Shown: positions 9,713 to 20,133, counted from the stretch's first letter. The stretch is DNA of 64,000 bases from an uncultured virus (IMG/VR IMGVR_UViG_3300008259_003761) (IMGVR_UViG_3300008259_003761); one strand, 5' to 3'. Notes: generated by a model from the letters alone, not told the origin. Program-made: numbers and translations.

Positions 9713-9849
9713 TGAAATCATATGTATGTTCAGTATATGGACAATTTTATTTGATTCCATATTTAAAAATAACACATACCAGAAAACTAAATGGTGATTT
9801 AGAATTTATCATTGGTTGGTTAAAATGGGAACTTATATTATCAATATGA
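9712..9849 (+). CDS. small hypothetical protein (45 aa)
   Basis: MKSYVCSVYGQFYLIPY...; TAATG and ATGA overlaps with both neighbours. Confidence 0.55.
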   Translation: MKSYVCSVYGQFYLIPYLKITHTRKLNGDLEFIIGWLKWELILSI

Positions 9850-11060
9850 ATTGGAATGATTATTTTATTAATATCGCTGAGCAGGTAAAGCTCAAATCAA
9901 AAGATAAAAATACTCAAATAGGAGTGGTTATTGTTGGTAAGGATAATGAGATTGTTTCTACCGGCTATAATTCATTTCCAAGAGGAATCAATGATAATAT
10001 TGATGAAAGACAGGAAAAGCCTGAAAAATACTTTTGGTTTGAACACGCCGAAAGAAACGCCATTTATAACGCAGCACGAATTGGTGTATCCACATTAGGA
10101 ACTACAATGTATATGACTTGTGGTATCAGTTGCGCAGATTGCGCCCTTAAACAAAGTACACGAAAATCAACTTTGTTTGGTATATACGATGATGTCAATA
10201 AATTAGACTTTGAATTACCAAACCTAAATACCATAAAAATTGTTAATAATACTTCATTTAGATTTATATTAGGAATACGAAAAAATAAATCTGATAGGTA
10301 TATTAATTACTTTACTTCTAGAAGGTATATGCTTGATTTGAGAGAATCTCAAGAAGAAGGTAATCCTTATTTTTCACAATTCTCATTATTAAAAAATTAC
10401 ATAGTAGTAGTAGATTGGGAAAATTTTGATTTATTATTTGGTGATTTAGTTCCTGTTGAATTTAAGCAGGGTGTACTAATGCAAACTAATAATTGTATTC
10501 AAAAACCAAATCCAGAATCGGAAACAACTTTTGTAAATTATGAATTACTTGCAAAATATGTTGATTGGGTTGTTAGCGCACCAACGCCAGCAGAAATAGG
10601 CTCTGATGGAGTTATCCCAGCTCCCGGACTTGGTGGTTGGTATGAAGGTGAATATAATCCAACTAAAGGTTATTTTACATTTGACAAAGCTGAAGTTTTC
10701 CAAAACCCAGAAGGAACTGGTACATCTGAAGATTATGGTAAAAAAGTATTTAGTAATGACCCTAAAATAAAATACGCACCATTTTCTGAAAAAGGAAAAG
10801 ACTTACAATTTAAAAAAGTTGATAAAACTGGAATATGGTATTATTGGAATGAAAGCTTACAAATTTGGCAAAAATATGGTTTTGAAGAACCGCCAAAAAA
10901 TTTCACACCATATACAAATATAACAGGTAAATCATCAAATACTGCCACAAACACAGGTGGTACTGGAACTGGCAATACAAATACCAGCGGAGGTAATAAT
11001 AGTGGTGGACCAGGTGGTGGTAGTGGTGGACCAGGTGGTGGACGTAGAGGAATTTTATAA
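9846..11060 (+). CDS. dCMP deaminase N-terminal part fused in frame to an unrelated protein (probable chimera)
   Basis: Likely start MNWNDYF at 9846; SKD, GYN, HAERNAI and CADC motifs. Similarity stops at about 10145; the rest is unrelated and ends in a Gly-rich tail. Confidence 0.75.
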   Translation: MNWNDYFINIAEQVKLKSKDKNTQIGVVIVGKDNEIVSTGYNSFPRGINDNIDERQEKPEKYFWFEHAERNAIYNAARIGVSTLGTTMYMTCGISCADCALKQSTRKSTLFGIYDDVNKLDFELPNLNTIKIVNNTSFRFILGIRKNKSDRYINYFTSRRYMLDLRESQEEGNPYFSQFSLLKNYIVVVDWENFDLLFGDLVPVEFKQGVLMQTNNCIQKPNPESETTFVNYELLAKYVDWVVSAPTPAEIGSDGVIPAPGLGGWYEGEYNPTKGYFTFDKAEVFQNPEGTGTSEDYGKKVFSNDPKIKYAPFSEKGKDLQFKKVDKTGIWYYWNESLQIWQKYGFEEPPKNFTPYTNITGKSSNTATNTGGTGTGNTNTSGGNNSGGPGGGSGGPGGGRRGIL

Positions 11061-11138
11061 CATCATTACTTTATAAAAACTTCTTAATATTTATTACTGT
11101 AACCTATGGGTTATTAGTTTTAAAAATCAGTTGGTGTA

Positions 11139-11483
11139 ATGAACGTATATTCAAACGTAAATTGGAAGCAATATTTTAACTATACTAATCCCACCATCAA
11201 CAGCTATCTCCAAAAATACGGAAATGGATTTATTGAGCAAACATTTAATAGAATATGTTTAGCTCATAAAACAAAAAAATCAAAAATTATTTTAATAAGG
11301 TTCAGAGATTCTGATATAGTTTCTATTTTAGAAAGTAAAGACTATATTAAGGCATTAGAAATACTATTGTCCTTTTGTATAAAAATAGAATATTATGAAA
11401 TATGTACTGATATTCAAAAACAAATACGAAAAATGAAAGGAAAAAGTAGAAAAAATACTCAAAAACAAATTGTAAATTTGTAA
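11139..11483 (+). CDS. hypothetical protein
   Basis: 114-aa ORF with a C-terminal EYYEIC (UVR-like) helix. Confidence 0.6.
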   Translation: MNVYSNVNWKQYFNYTNPTINSYLQKYGNGFIEQTFNRICLAHKTKKSKIILIRFRDSDIVSILESKDYIKALEILLSFCIKIEYYEICTDIQKQIRKMKGKSRKNTQKQIVNL

Positions 11484-11515
11484 GTTATGATTAGTACTTA
11501 ACAAAATAAAATAGT

Positions 11516-12382
11516 ATGGCTAGAAAGAAAGAGGCTGTTGCCGAACCACTAATTGAACAAATTCATTCAGTACCAAAGGTTATAAAGAAAATTAAATTTA
11601 AAACAAAAAACCAAAAAAGATTTTATAAAGCCATAGAAAATCAAGCAAATAATATAATAATGGCTCACGCATTAGCTGGAGCCGGAAAAACATATGTTTC
11701 AATTCAAAAAGGATTGGAGATGATGTTAAATAAAGGTGAAGATATAAACAAAATTGTAATAATAAATCCAACTGTTGATGTTGGAAATGAAGATAAGTTG
11801 GGACATTTGCCGGGAGATTTAATGAGCAAGATTGAAGTTCATAATGAATCATCCATCTATATTTTAAATAAAATAATAGGTCCAGTTGAAACAAAAAAAC
11901 TTATAGAAAACGGAAAGATAGAATTTAGAGTACTTAATTTTCTAAGAGGTATTAACTTTGAAAAGGCTTATATTATTTTAGATGAAGCACAAAACGCATC
12001 ACCACTTCAATTGAAAACTTTAATAACTCGTATTTCAGATGATTCAAAATTAATCATAGAAGGGGATTTATCGCAGTGTGATAAATACAGAGCAAATGGA
12101 ACACCTGCATATCAGAAAAGTGGATTTTATGATGTGTGGAAACGATTGGCAGGAGTTAGGGGAATATATCAAGTTGAGTTCACCAAAGAAGATTGTATTC
12201 GTTCTGGTATCGTTAAGAGGGTATTGGAGAAATACGAAGAAGAAGAGCAAATATATTTGGGAGAAACCAACCCTTTTCAATTAGATATTGACTTTGTACC
12301 ATTGGTAGATGGTATGGACATGGAAGTTATTGAAAATGAATGCAAAAAGTTTGGAAATATCATAAAACTTTTGTATATTTGA
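11516..12382 (+). CDS. phoH: PhoH-family ATPase
   Basis: AGAGKT, LGHLPG, LRG, ILDEAQN, TRI and GDLSQCD motifs. Confidence 0.92.
   Translation: MARKKEAVAEPLIEQIHSVPKVIKKIKFKTKNQKRFYKAIENQANNIIMAHALAGAGKTYVSIQKGLEMMLNKGEDINKIVIINPTVDVGNEDKLGHLPGDLMSKIEVHNESSIYILNKIIGPVETKKLIENGKIEFRVLNFLRGINFEKAYIILDEAQNASPLQLKTLITRISDDSKLIIEGDLSQCDKYRANGTPAYQKSGFYDVWKRLAGVRGIYQVEFTKEDCIRSGIVKRVLEKYEEEEQIYLGETNPFQLDIDFVPLVDGMDMEVIENECKKFGNIIKLLYI
12350..12381 (+). promoter_or_regulatory. Bacteroidota sigma-70-type promoter
   Basis: TTTG-N20-TATATTTG. Confidence 0.75.
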
Positions 12383-12402
12383 TAGTAATAATTAGAGAAG
12401 AT

Positions 12403-12885
12403 ATGAAAGAAAAGAAGGTAGTATGGATTGACATGGATGGTGTTTTGGTTGATTTTAGCAAACAAGTAGAAACCACTATATCAAAAAACCCATTTTTAAA
12501 AGAAGCATACAAAGGTAGGTATGACCACATACCGGGTATCTTCAGAAACCCACCTCCAATTGAAGGAGCTATTGAAGCTATTAACAAATTAGCAGAAAGT
12601 GGTAAGTATGAATTGTATATCGCTACCGCAGCACCTTGGGGAAATCCGATGGCAGCTATGGATAAGAGATTTTGGATTGAAGAACACTTCGGACGTTTGT
12701 TTCACAAAAAAATGTGTATAACTCACTTAAAAAATATGTTGATTGGTGATTATCTAATTGATGATAGAACCGCTAACGGAGCAGGAGAATTCAAAGGTGA
12801 ACTATTACGATTTGGATGGTCTTATGAAACTGAAACTTTTAACGAATACCCAACTTGGGAATCTATATTAGAAAAACTTCTATGA
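12403..12885 (+). CDS. 5'(3')-deoxyribonucleotidase (HAD, NT5C family)
   Basis: DMDGVLVDF and LIDD motifs; start moved to MKEKK, downstream of the promoter. Confidence 0.9.
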   Translation: MKEKKVVWIDMDGVLVDFSKQVETTISKNPFLKEAYKGRYDHIPGIFRNPPPIEGAIEAINKLAESGKYELYIATAAPWGNPMAAMDKRFWIEEHFGRLFHKKMCITHLKNMLIGDYLIDDRTANGAGEFKGELLRFGWSYETETFNEYPTWESILEKLL

Positions 12886-13427
12886 AACGTATCTTAACCC
12901 TATCAATTTTTTCACTATTTTTAATAAGTTGTGAAAAAGACATTATTGTAGAACCAATACAATATCAATTATCAATTGATTCCGTACTTACACAAAATGG
13001 TGTCAAAAGTTTACCAAAAGATTCAAATGGTTTTTATAGATTAAAATTTGTTTCAAATGGCACACCACAATCACACAGAGTTGTTGGTAAAATTTTGGCA
13101 AATGGTAATGAACCATATCCACCTCAAAAAGTAACTTTTGAAAGTAATCTTTATTGGTGGTTAAGACAAGGCGATACAACGGCAACTATTACACAAGCTT
13201 ATGTAAATTATTTTACAGGCCAATATACAATAGTTAATCTTCCACCAATGATTGCTAATAAAGATGAATTAGTTCCTACAACAAATTGTTGCTCATATAG
13301 TGGAAGAGGTGGTGAAATTAATACTATTATAGCACCTATTAGAGAAATGATTGGTGATACTTTAGTTTTAAAGGCGAGCCATTATACATCCGATACAATT
13401 GTTTATATAAAAGTTATTATAGAATGA
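12882..13427 (+). CDS. putative lipoprotein
   Basis: MKRILTLSIFSLFLISC lipobox; ATGA overlap with the upstream gene. Confidence 0.7.
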   Translation: MKRILTLSIFSLFLISCEKDIIVEPIQYQLSIDSVLTQNGVKSLPKDSNGFYRLKFVSNGTPQSHRVVGKILANGNEPYPPQKVTFESNLYWWLRQGDTTATITQAYVNYFTGQYTIVNLPPMIANKDELVPTTNCCSYSGRGGEINTIIAPIREMIGDTLVLKASHYTSDTIVYIKVIIE

Positions 13428-13792
13428 GAAAAAAAGAAATTAAATTACCATTAACTCCAATAACCGAAAAAACATTTGAAAGACAGGGTTGGACTAAACA
13501 TAATATTGGTGATGCTATTATGGATGATGATGATACAAATGATTCCGATGCGTATTATTTTTCAATATCACTTCCAAAAGAAAGAGATGATGAATATGCA
13601 CCACAATTAGTTTCTAATGCAACTGATGAATTAGGTATTCTTAAAGATATTGGTTTAAAGCCCGGACAATTCTTTGTTGAAATGGCTGATATGGATGGAT
13701 TAGGTTTTTGCTCGAGTGAGGAAGAACTACAAATCTTATATTCAGCACTGACTGGTGAAGATATTGAAGAAAATTTGGAAAATCAAAAATAA
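13424..13792 (+). CDS. acidic hypothetical protein
   Basis: 122-aa ORF coupled to the upstream gene. Confidence 0.65.
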   Translation: MRKKEIKLPLTPITEKTFERQGWTKHNIGDAIMDDDDTNDSDAYYFSISLPKERDDEYAPQLVSNATDELGILKDIGLKPGQFFVEMADMDGLGFCSSEEELQILYSALTGEDIEENLENQK

Positions 13793-13805
13793 AATGTTAT
13801 ATTTG
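13774..13805 (+). promoter_or_regulatory. Bacteroidota sigma-70-type promoter
   Basis: TTTG-N20-TATATTTG. Confidence 0.7.
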
Positions 13806-13809
13806 TACT

Positions 13810-14475
13810 ATGAGAAATTATAATGAACAACAACTGCAAGAAAATTACGAAAAGTTCTTAGAATTTATTCGTAAAGCATTCGCCAAACAACCTGAGCGAA
13901 TGGAAAAATTGTTACATATGTATTCTGAAGAAGAATTGGGAATGGAATTACTTATGGCGCCAGCTAGTGGTAAAGCACATTTTCATTCTGCGTATAATGG
14001 TGGTTATATTGACCACGTTATGAATGTATGTAAGAATTCAATGGGAATGATGAAGCAATTCAAAGAAAATGGAGGCATCATCGATTTTGAAATAGAAGAG
14101 CTACTATTTGCAGCACTTCATCACGACTTAGGAAAGTTGGGAGATTTGGGTAAACCATACTATATCGAACAAGAATCAGATTGGCATAGAAAGAATCAAG
14201 GTTCTCTATTCAAACAAAACCCTGAAATCCATTATATGGATGTAACACATAGAGCACTATGGACTTTACAAAAGTATGGTATTCAATTTACACAAAAAGA
14301 AATGTTGGGTATTATGTTGGCGGATGGATTGTATAATAAAGGAAATGAAAAATACTTTATTTCATATGATGAAAACTTCCAATTGAAAACTGAACTACCT
14401 TATCTATTACATTGGGCAGACCATATGAGTTGCCGAATTGAAAATAGTGAATATAAAAATGGATTGAAATTTTAA
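13810..14475 (+). CDS. HD-domain phosphohydrolase
   Basis: APAS...HSAYNGGYIDH, LHHDLGKLG and LHWAD motifs. Confidence 0.88.
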   Translation: MRNYNEQQLQENYEKFLEFIRKAFAKQPERMEKLLHMYSEEELGMELLMAPASGKAHFHSAYNGGYIDHVMNVCKNSMGMMKQFKENGGIIDFEIEELLFAALHHDLGKLGDLGKPYYIEQESDWHRKNQGSLFKQNPEIHYMDVTHRALWTLQKYGIQFTQKEMLGIMLADGLYNKGNEKYFISYDENFQLKTELPYLLHWADHMSCRIENSEYKNGLKF

Positions 14476-14569
14476 TCTACTTTATATTTATATAACGATG
14501 GGGCTGGCCAGCACATCACCGTATTCGCCCAAAAGGGAATACACTTAACGCTTAAAAAAAGGTAAAAAA

Positions 14570-15049
14570 ATGAAAAATCAAATTCAAAGGGGATTCCCTA
14601 CCCCATTCCATAGGGATGAGTTCTTAGCACCATTCGATACACTCTTTGACAGAATGTTATCAAATACATTTCCGGAGTTAGCAAAAGAAGTTGGTGTTGA
14701 TGTTTTCCAAAAAGGTGCATATCCAAAATGTGATATCATCAACTTCGATGACAGAATCGAAATCATAGCAGAAATTCCTGGTATTAGTAAAGAACAACTA
14801 TCAATTGATGTTGATGGTGATGTTATTACTTTAAAAGGAGAAAAAGGTGGACAAACCGAAGTTACAGGTGGAGGTGAGTATCTAAGACGAGAACTAAAAC
14901 GTTCATCATTTCAAAGAAGCTTTACAGCAGATTCTAAAATATTTAATTTAGATTCTATTAAAGCTAAATTTGGAGATGGGATTTTAGAATTACAAATTCC
15001 AAAAAGAGAAAAGGAACAACCTAAAAAAAGGACAATTACAATAGGTTAA
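14570..15049 (+). CDS. small heat-shock protein (Hsp20)
   Basis: AEIPG, RRE...SFQRSF and AKFGDGILELQIPK motifs. Confidence 0.93.
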   Translation: MKNQIQRGFPTPFHRDEFLAPFDTLFDRMLSNTFPELAKEVGVDVFQKGAYPKCDIINFDDRIEIIAEIPGISKEQLSIDVDGDVITLKGEKGGQTEVTGGGEYLRRELKRSSFQRSFTADSKIFNLDSIKAKFGDGILELQIPKREKEQPKKRTITIG

Positions 15050-15065
15050 TTGGATAATACAGAAT

Positions 15066-15100
15066 GGGGTGGGTATCAAAATCCCACCCTTTTCTTTTTT
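15066..15100 (+). terminator. intrinsic terminator
   Basis: gggtggg...cccaccc + T-run. Confidence 0.75.
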
Positions 15101-15135
15101 TAATATATTTATATATTGAACATAAACAAAAAATT

Positions 15136-15315
15136 ATGAAACCAGAATACAAAATTAGAGCTCAAGAAAACTTAGAAGCAATTACTAAGAGAGCAACTAT
15201 GATTAGTGAAATGTTAGAAGGAAAAAGACCAGCAAATCCAGCTGAGGCTATTAAGCTATCTAAAGAGATTGAAAGATTGGTAGAATTAACAACAAACATT
15301 GTAGATTTATCTTAA
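15136..15315 (+). CDS. hypothetical protein (59 aa)
   Basis: Start moved to MKPEY, downstream of the terminator and the ATATTTATA motif. Confidence 0.65.
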   Translation: MKPEYKIRAQENLEAITKRATMISEMLEGKRPANPAEAIKLSKEIERLVELTTNIVDLS

Positions 15316-15316
15316 A

Positions 15317-16615
15317 ATGAATTGGTTAAGAGTATTAGTTGGATTTTCGGCAATCCTTGTTGCTGGATGTGCGGCGTACTTTTCCGTAACCGGATTAGGT
15401 GTACTATTTGCTGGAGCATCTGCTTCGGTAATGGTAATGGCTGGTTCATTAGAATTGGCTAAGTTAGTAGCAGCAACTTATCTAAAGCAAGAGTGGGATA
15501 ACCTTAAAGGATTTAACAAATGGTATTTAACAATATCAGTTGGAACTTTAATGCTTATCACATCAGCAGGTATATTTGGATATCTATCTAATGCATTCCA
15601 ACAACAAAACTTAGAACTACAAAAAGTTGAAAGAGATATAGCGGTATATCAAACCCAAATTACTAAAAATGATGCGGAGATAGCTCGATATACAACTCAA
15701 TTAACTAACCAACAAAATATTCGTAACTCACAGGAGGCTAACTTATCCAAACAAATTGATAAGGATAAATCCACTTCAAGAGTTTCACAAATGATTAGAA
15801 CTGCTGATAAAGAAATAGCATCAGTATCTAAACGTATTGATGAATTGACAATACAAAACAATGTAGCATTAGATTCAATTAATAATATTAAAAATAACAA
15901 CATTGAATTAGAAAGAGAAGTGGGTGGATTCAGATTCGTAGCTGAAGCATTTAATGTCCCACTTAATGATGTTGTAAAATTCTTTATCCTTATAATCGTA
16001 TTAGTATTTGACCCATTAGCAGTAGCATTGATTATTGCATTTAATGGATTAATAATGAGACGTAAAGAAGAAGATGGTATAGATGTTATTATAGATGATG
16101 GTGGTATTTCGGATATCCTTAAAAAAGAAAAGGAATACGAAGTGTATGGCGATAAAGAAAAACAAAGAGAAGCTATTATAGAAATGATGAAAGGTGATGA
16201 GGAATTGGGATTATATGATGAACCAAACGAAGCATTAGTAGAAGCGGCTCAACAATATGAAGCCGAAAAAAAAAACGAAATTGATTCCACTCCAACGAAT
16301 GTGGCAGAAAATCAAATAGATGAAGAACTGTTTGAGCTAAAGCAAGATGTATCACGCAGACCTATTGATTTAGATGGTGATGGTGCTATTGATGGCTGGG
16401 ATACTGATGGTGATGGGTTAATTGATGAAATAGCACCGAATTCATCAAATAGAAAGCTATACGCTAAAAACACCAAACCATACTACGCTAACCAAGAATT
16501 TAATTGGAGTGACCGTAGTAAGTGGATAAATGACCAAAATGCAGTAAATTACTGGTTTACCCACATAAGAAAGAACGAAAGATACCCTACGGATTTCGAA
16601 TCAAAAACATATTAA
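15317..16615 (+). CDS. multi-pass membrane protein with coiled coil and DxDGDG repeats
   Basis: Three N-terminal hydrophobic helices, long coiled coil, VFDPLA TM, DLDGDG/DTDGDG. Confidence 0.75.
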   Translation: MNWLRVLVGFSAILVAGCAAYFSVTGLGVLFAGASASVMVMAGSLELAKLVAATYLKQEWDNLKGFNKWYLTISVGTLMLITSAGIFGYLSNAFQQQNLELQKVERDIAVYQTQITKNDAEIARYTTQLTNQQNIRNSQEANLSKQIDKDKSTSRVSQMIRTADKEIASVSKRIDELTIQNNVALDSINNIKNNNIELEREVGGFRFVAEAFNVPLNDVVKFFILIIVLVFDPLAVALIIAFNGLIMRRKEEDGIDVIIDDGGISDILKKEKEYEVYGDKEKQREAIIEMMKGDEELGLYDEPNEALVEAAQQYEAEKKNEIDSTPTNVAENQIDEELFELKQDVSRRPIDLDGDGAIDGWDTDGDGLIDEIAPNSSNRKLYAKNTKPYYANQEFNWSDRSKWINDQNAVNYWFTHIRKNERYPTDFESKTY

Positions 16616-16621
16616 GAAATA

Positions 16622-16653
16622 TTTGGAAATTACCAAATAATTTCGTATATTTG
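16622..16653 (+). promoter_or_regulatory. Bacteroidota sigma-70-type promoter
   Basis: TTTG-N20-TATATTTG. Confidence 0.75.
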
Positions 16654-16676
16654 TGTATTACTAATCGTAAAAGTTT

Positions 16677-17639
16677 ATGAATTTAGGATACGCATGTATT
16701 AATATGAGTATGGGTAAGAAAGTTACCACTAACCGAGCTATGGTTAAACGTACATTTGAATCTAAGGGTTTAGATTACGTTTCTGAACTTGCATTACTCA
16801 ACGCAAAAGATATTATTAGGATTTTGGAATGGAATAGATTAAATGGAATCTATTTTTTCCGATTATCATCTGCATTAATTCCTTGGGGTGACCATTTAGA
16901 TTTAACACAACTAAAGGATTATACTGAAATTAAAAGAGAGTTAAAGAAAGCAGGTGATTTTGCTAAGTTTTGGAATATGCGTATTACTTCACATCCTGGT
17001 CCATTTGTTGTACTCACATCACCAAATGAAAAAGTTGTTACAAACGCTATAGCAGATTTAGAATTACATGCTAAAGTATTTGATATGATGGGATTATCTA
17101 AAACCCCATTTAACAAAATCAATATTCATTGTAATGGTGTTTATGGAGATAAACAATCAGCTATGGATAGATTTTGTGAAAACTTCAAAAAACTATCACC
17201 TTCAGTTCGTAAAAGATTAACTATTGAAAACGATGATAAGGCTAGTATGTATTCAGTTAAAGACCTTATGTATATTCATAAACAAATTGGTATCCCAATT
17301 GTTTTCGATTATCATCACCACAAATTTTGCACCGGTGAATTAACCGAAAAAGAGGCTTTAGAATTAGCAATTTCAACTTGGCCAGCTGATATAACACCTA
17401 TTGTTCATTATTCAGAATCCAAATCATTACATGAAAATAATAGCAAGCTAAAACCACAAGCACATTCAGATTATATTGATTCATTACCTAACACATATGG
17501 GCATGATGTAGATATTATGGTTGAAGCAAAAGCAAAAGAATTAGCAATATTACCTTTTGTTGGTAGAGATGCTATATGTGAATATAGTGGATTATTAAAT
17601 GTAAATAACTATAAAAAGTATGAAACATCAGCTATATAA
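16677..17639 (+). CDS. uvsE: UV-damage endonuclease
   Basis: LGYACIN, FRLSS, HPGPF, IENDD, FDYHHH, HYSES, AHSD and MVEAKAKE motifs. Confidence 0.93.
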   Translation: MNLGYACINMSMGKKVTTNRAMVKRTFESKGLDYVSELALLNAKDIIRILEWNRLNGIYFFRLSSALIPWGDHLDLTQLKDYTEIKRELKKAGDFAKFWNMRITSHPGPFVVLTSPNEKVVTNAIADLELHAKVFDMMGLSKTPFNKINIHCNGVYGDKQSAMDRFCENFKKLSPSVRKRLTIENDDKASMYSVKDLMYIHKQIGIPIVFDYHHHKFCTGELTEKEALELAISTWPADITPIVHYSESKSLHENNSKLKPQAHSDYIDSLPNTYGHDVDIMVEAKAKELAILPFVGRDAICEYSGLLNVNNYKKYETSAI

Positions 17640-18234
17640 TTTATTTGCAACACCAGTTATGAAATTCGCATCCGAAGAAATTATATCGGATGAATTAGTA
17701 AAATCAATTACTTTTTACAAAAACGATTCTTATAATAATTTTGGTAATAAAACAACAAATGATTCTTTTATATTAGATAAACAAGAGTTTAAAAATTTAA
17801 AACAATTTATAGATAAATGTTTATATGATTATGTTGAAATAATTTATGGCTCAAATCCATACATTACTAAATTAAAAGTAACTCAATCTTGGTTAAATTA
17901 TACAAATAAAAACGAATATCATCATACCCACAACCACCCAAACAGTTTAGTTTCTGGTGTGTTTTATTTTAATGCCGATGAACAATATGATGAGATAGCA
18001 TTTTTTAATCCAAAGTATAATCAAATAGAATTACCAATTATAAAATATACCGATTATAATGTAATTGAGTGTGCATTGAAAATAAAAACTGGAGATTTAG
18101 TATTATTTCCATCATCATTACAACATGCAGTTCCAACGAAAGTTGGAGATAATGAAAGAATAAGTTTAGCATTTAATACGTTTGTTAGTGGAGAATTGGG
18201 AAAGGCAGAACATTTAAATTATTTAAAACTATAA
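17620..18234 (+). CDS. putative 2OG-Fe(II) oxygenase (TIGR02466-like)
   Basis: HTHNHPNS.VSGVFY, LFPSSLQH and RISLAFN motifs. Confidence 0.85.
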   Translation: MKHQLYNLFATPVMKFASEEIISDELVKSITFYKNDSYNNFGNKTTNDSFILDKQEFKNLKQFIDKCLYDYVEIIYGSNPYITKLKVTQSWLNYTNKNEYHHTHNHPNSLVSGVFYFNADEQYDEIAFFNPKYNQIELPIIKYTDYNVIECALKIKTGDLVLFPSSLQHAVPTKVGDNERISLAFNTFVSGELGKAEHLNYLKL

Positions 18235-18238
18235 AGGA

Positions 18239-18550
18239 TTGATAACATACGCAGCCATATTAACATTTCAAATATTATTTAATGTATTTAAAACAATGGA
18301 AATTAAATACACATATGAAAATAAATTAAATAGTCTACTGATTAATTCAGTATGGATTAATTTAGTATCATTGGCTGGTATGTATTTTTCACTACAACCA
18401 CTACTATTTGAAAAAGATTTTTTAGTATTACCATTTTATATTGGTGGAAGTGTTTTGGGTAAGTGGATAGCAATGACAAAGATGGATAATATTGAATTTA
18501 AAATATTTTCGTTCTTTACAAAAAAAACTGAAAAAATAAAAAAGAAATGA
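18239..18550 (+). CDS. small membrane protein
   Basis: Three hydrophobic segments; TTG start. Confidence 0.6.
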   Translation: MITYAAILTFQILFNVFKTMEIKYTYENKLNSLLINSVWINLVSLAGMYFSLQPLLFEKDFLVLPFYIGGSVLGKWIAMTKMDNIEFKIFSFFTKKTEKIKKK

Positions 18551-18783
18551 AAGCAATTTTAGAATTTGATTTTGATAAAGAAGATAGTGATGACCGTATT
18601 CAATTTCAAGACGCTGTTGATGGTACTAAGTGGAAACTTGCTATGTGGGAATTAGACCAATGGTTAAGAGCACAAATAAAATATGCACCGGATACTATGA
18701 GTGATGATACACATAAAACTCTACAAGAATGTAGAGATAAATTACATTATATACTAAGCGATAATAATTTAAATTTAGATTAA
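18547..18783 (+). CDS. hypothetical protein
   Basis: MKAILEF...WELDQWLR pattern typical of phage ORFs. Confidence 0.65.
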   Translation: MKAILEFDFDKEDSDDRIQFQDAVDGTKWKLAMWELDQWLRAQIKYAPDTMSDDTHKTLQECRDKLHYILSDNNLNLD

Positions 18784-18784
18784 T

Positions 18785-19741
18785 ATGAATAATATAGATA
18801 GAAAATATCAACAATTACTTAGTGATATCATAGAATTTGGTGTAGAAAAAAAAGATAGAACTGGGACAGGTACTATATCTGAATTCGGACATCAAATCAG
18901 ACATAAAATGAGTGAAGGGTTTCCATTACTTACAACCAAAAAGATGGCATTCAAAACAATCGTAACCGAATTGTTGTGGTTTCTTCGTGGTGATACCAAT
19001 ATCAAGTATTTGGTTGAGAATGGATGTCATATTTGGGATGGTGATGCTTATAAAAACTATCAAACAGACTGGTTAAAAGAAAACCCACCATTCTCTGGAC
19101 CATATGATAATGTTTGTTTAACAAAAGAAGAATTTATTAACGAAATCAAAACTAATAATGAATTTGCAAAAGTGTGGGGTGAATTAGGACCAATCTACGG
19201 TAAACAATGGAGGAAGTGGTCACCTGAAGCGGGTGAGGTTAACAAAGGTGGTGTGGACCAAATCCAAAACCTTATCAACGAGTTAAAAACAAATCCAGAC
19301 TCACGAAGGTTGATGGTGTCTGCTTGGAACGTAGGAGAATTAAATCAAATGGTACTTCCACCTTGTCATTATGGATTTCAATGTTATGTGAGAGATGGTA
19401 AGTATCTTTCTTTAATGTGGAATCAACGAAGTGTAGATACATTTTTAGGTTTACCATTCAACATTGCTTCTTATGGTTTACTACTTGAAATCATAGCTAA
19501 AGAAGTTAATATGATACCTGATGAGTTAATTGGTAATTTGGGTGATGTTCATTTATATTCAAATCATATTGAACAAGCAAAAGAACAAATAACTCGAGTT
19601 CCGTATGAGTTACCTACAATTAAGATAGAAGATGACGTAGTATGGGCAGAATATGATTGCTTACCATCATACTCAATTAAGGATTTTACCTTAGAAAATT
19701 ACCAATCGCATCCAGCAATTAAAGCACCTTTAAGTAATTAA
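18785..19741 (+). CDS. thyA: thymidylate synthase
   Basis: DRTGTGT, ELLWFL, LPPCH, QRSVD.FLGLPFN and HLYSNH motifs. Confidence 0.96.
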   Translation: MNNIDRKYQQLLSDIIEFGVEKKDRTGTGTISEFGHQIRHKMSEGFPLLTTKKMAFKTIVTELLWFLRGDTNIKYLVENGCHIWDGDAYKNYQTDWLKENPPFSGPYDNVCLTKEEFINEIKTNNEFAKVWGELGPIYGKQWRKWSPEAGEVNKGGVDQIQNLINELKTNPDSRRLMVSAWNVGELNQMVLPPCHYGFQCYVRDGKYLSLMWNQRSVDTFLGLPFNIASYGLLLEIIAKEVNMIPDELIGNLGDVHLYSNHIEQAKEQITRVPYELPTIKIEDDVVWAEYDCLPSYSIKDFTLENYQSHPAIKAPLSN

Positions 19742-19743
19742 TT

Positions 19744-20133
19744 ATGGCAAACTTTGATGTAAAAATAAAATCCCCGAAAAGAGTAGAAAAGAAATGGGGA
19801 TATGAATTGTGGATTCATAATGATTCTCAGTATTGTGGAAAGTTGTTAGTATTCAATAATAGTGGTGATAAGTTCTCAATGCATTATCATATGTTAAAAA
19901 ACGAAACTTGGTATGTGCAAGAGGGAGCATTTCAGTTTGATTGGATTGATACCGAATCTTCTGAAAGATGTTACACTCAATTACAAAAAGGAGATGTTGT
20001 TTACATAGAAAAAGGATTACCGCATCAATTAATTGCACTTACTGATAATGCTACTGTATTTGAAGTTAGTACTGAACACTTTGATGAAGATAGTTATAGA
20101 ATTTATAGAAACGGACCAAAAGATTTAGAATGA
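19744..20133 (+). CDS. cupin-domain protein (sugar isomerase-like)
   Basis: KKWGYE, SMHYH..KNETWYV, PHQL and EVST motifs. Confidence 0.8.
   Translation: MANFDVKIKSPKRVEKKWGYELWIHNDSQYCGKLLVFNNSGDKFSMHYHMLKNETWYVQEGAFQFDWIDTESSERCYTQLQKGDVVYIEKGLPHQLIALTDNATVFEVSTEHFDEDSYRIYRNGPKDLE

Noticed and set aside
11002..11041. Tandem ggtggaccaggtggtgg repeat
   Set aside because: Simply encodes a GGPGG tail.
16266..16275. A10 run as a phase-variation or frameshift site
   Set aside because: The frame stays open through it and A-runs are common in this genome.
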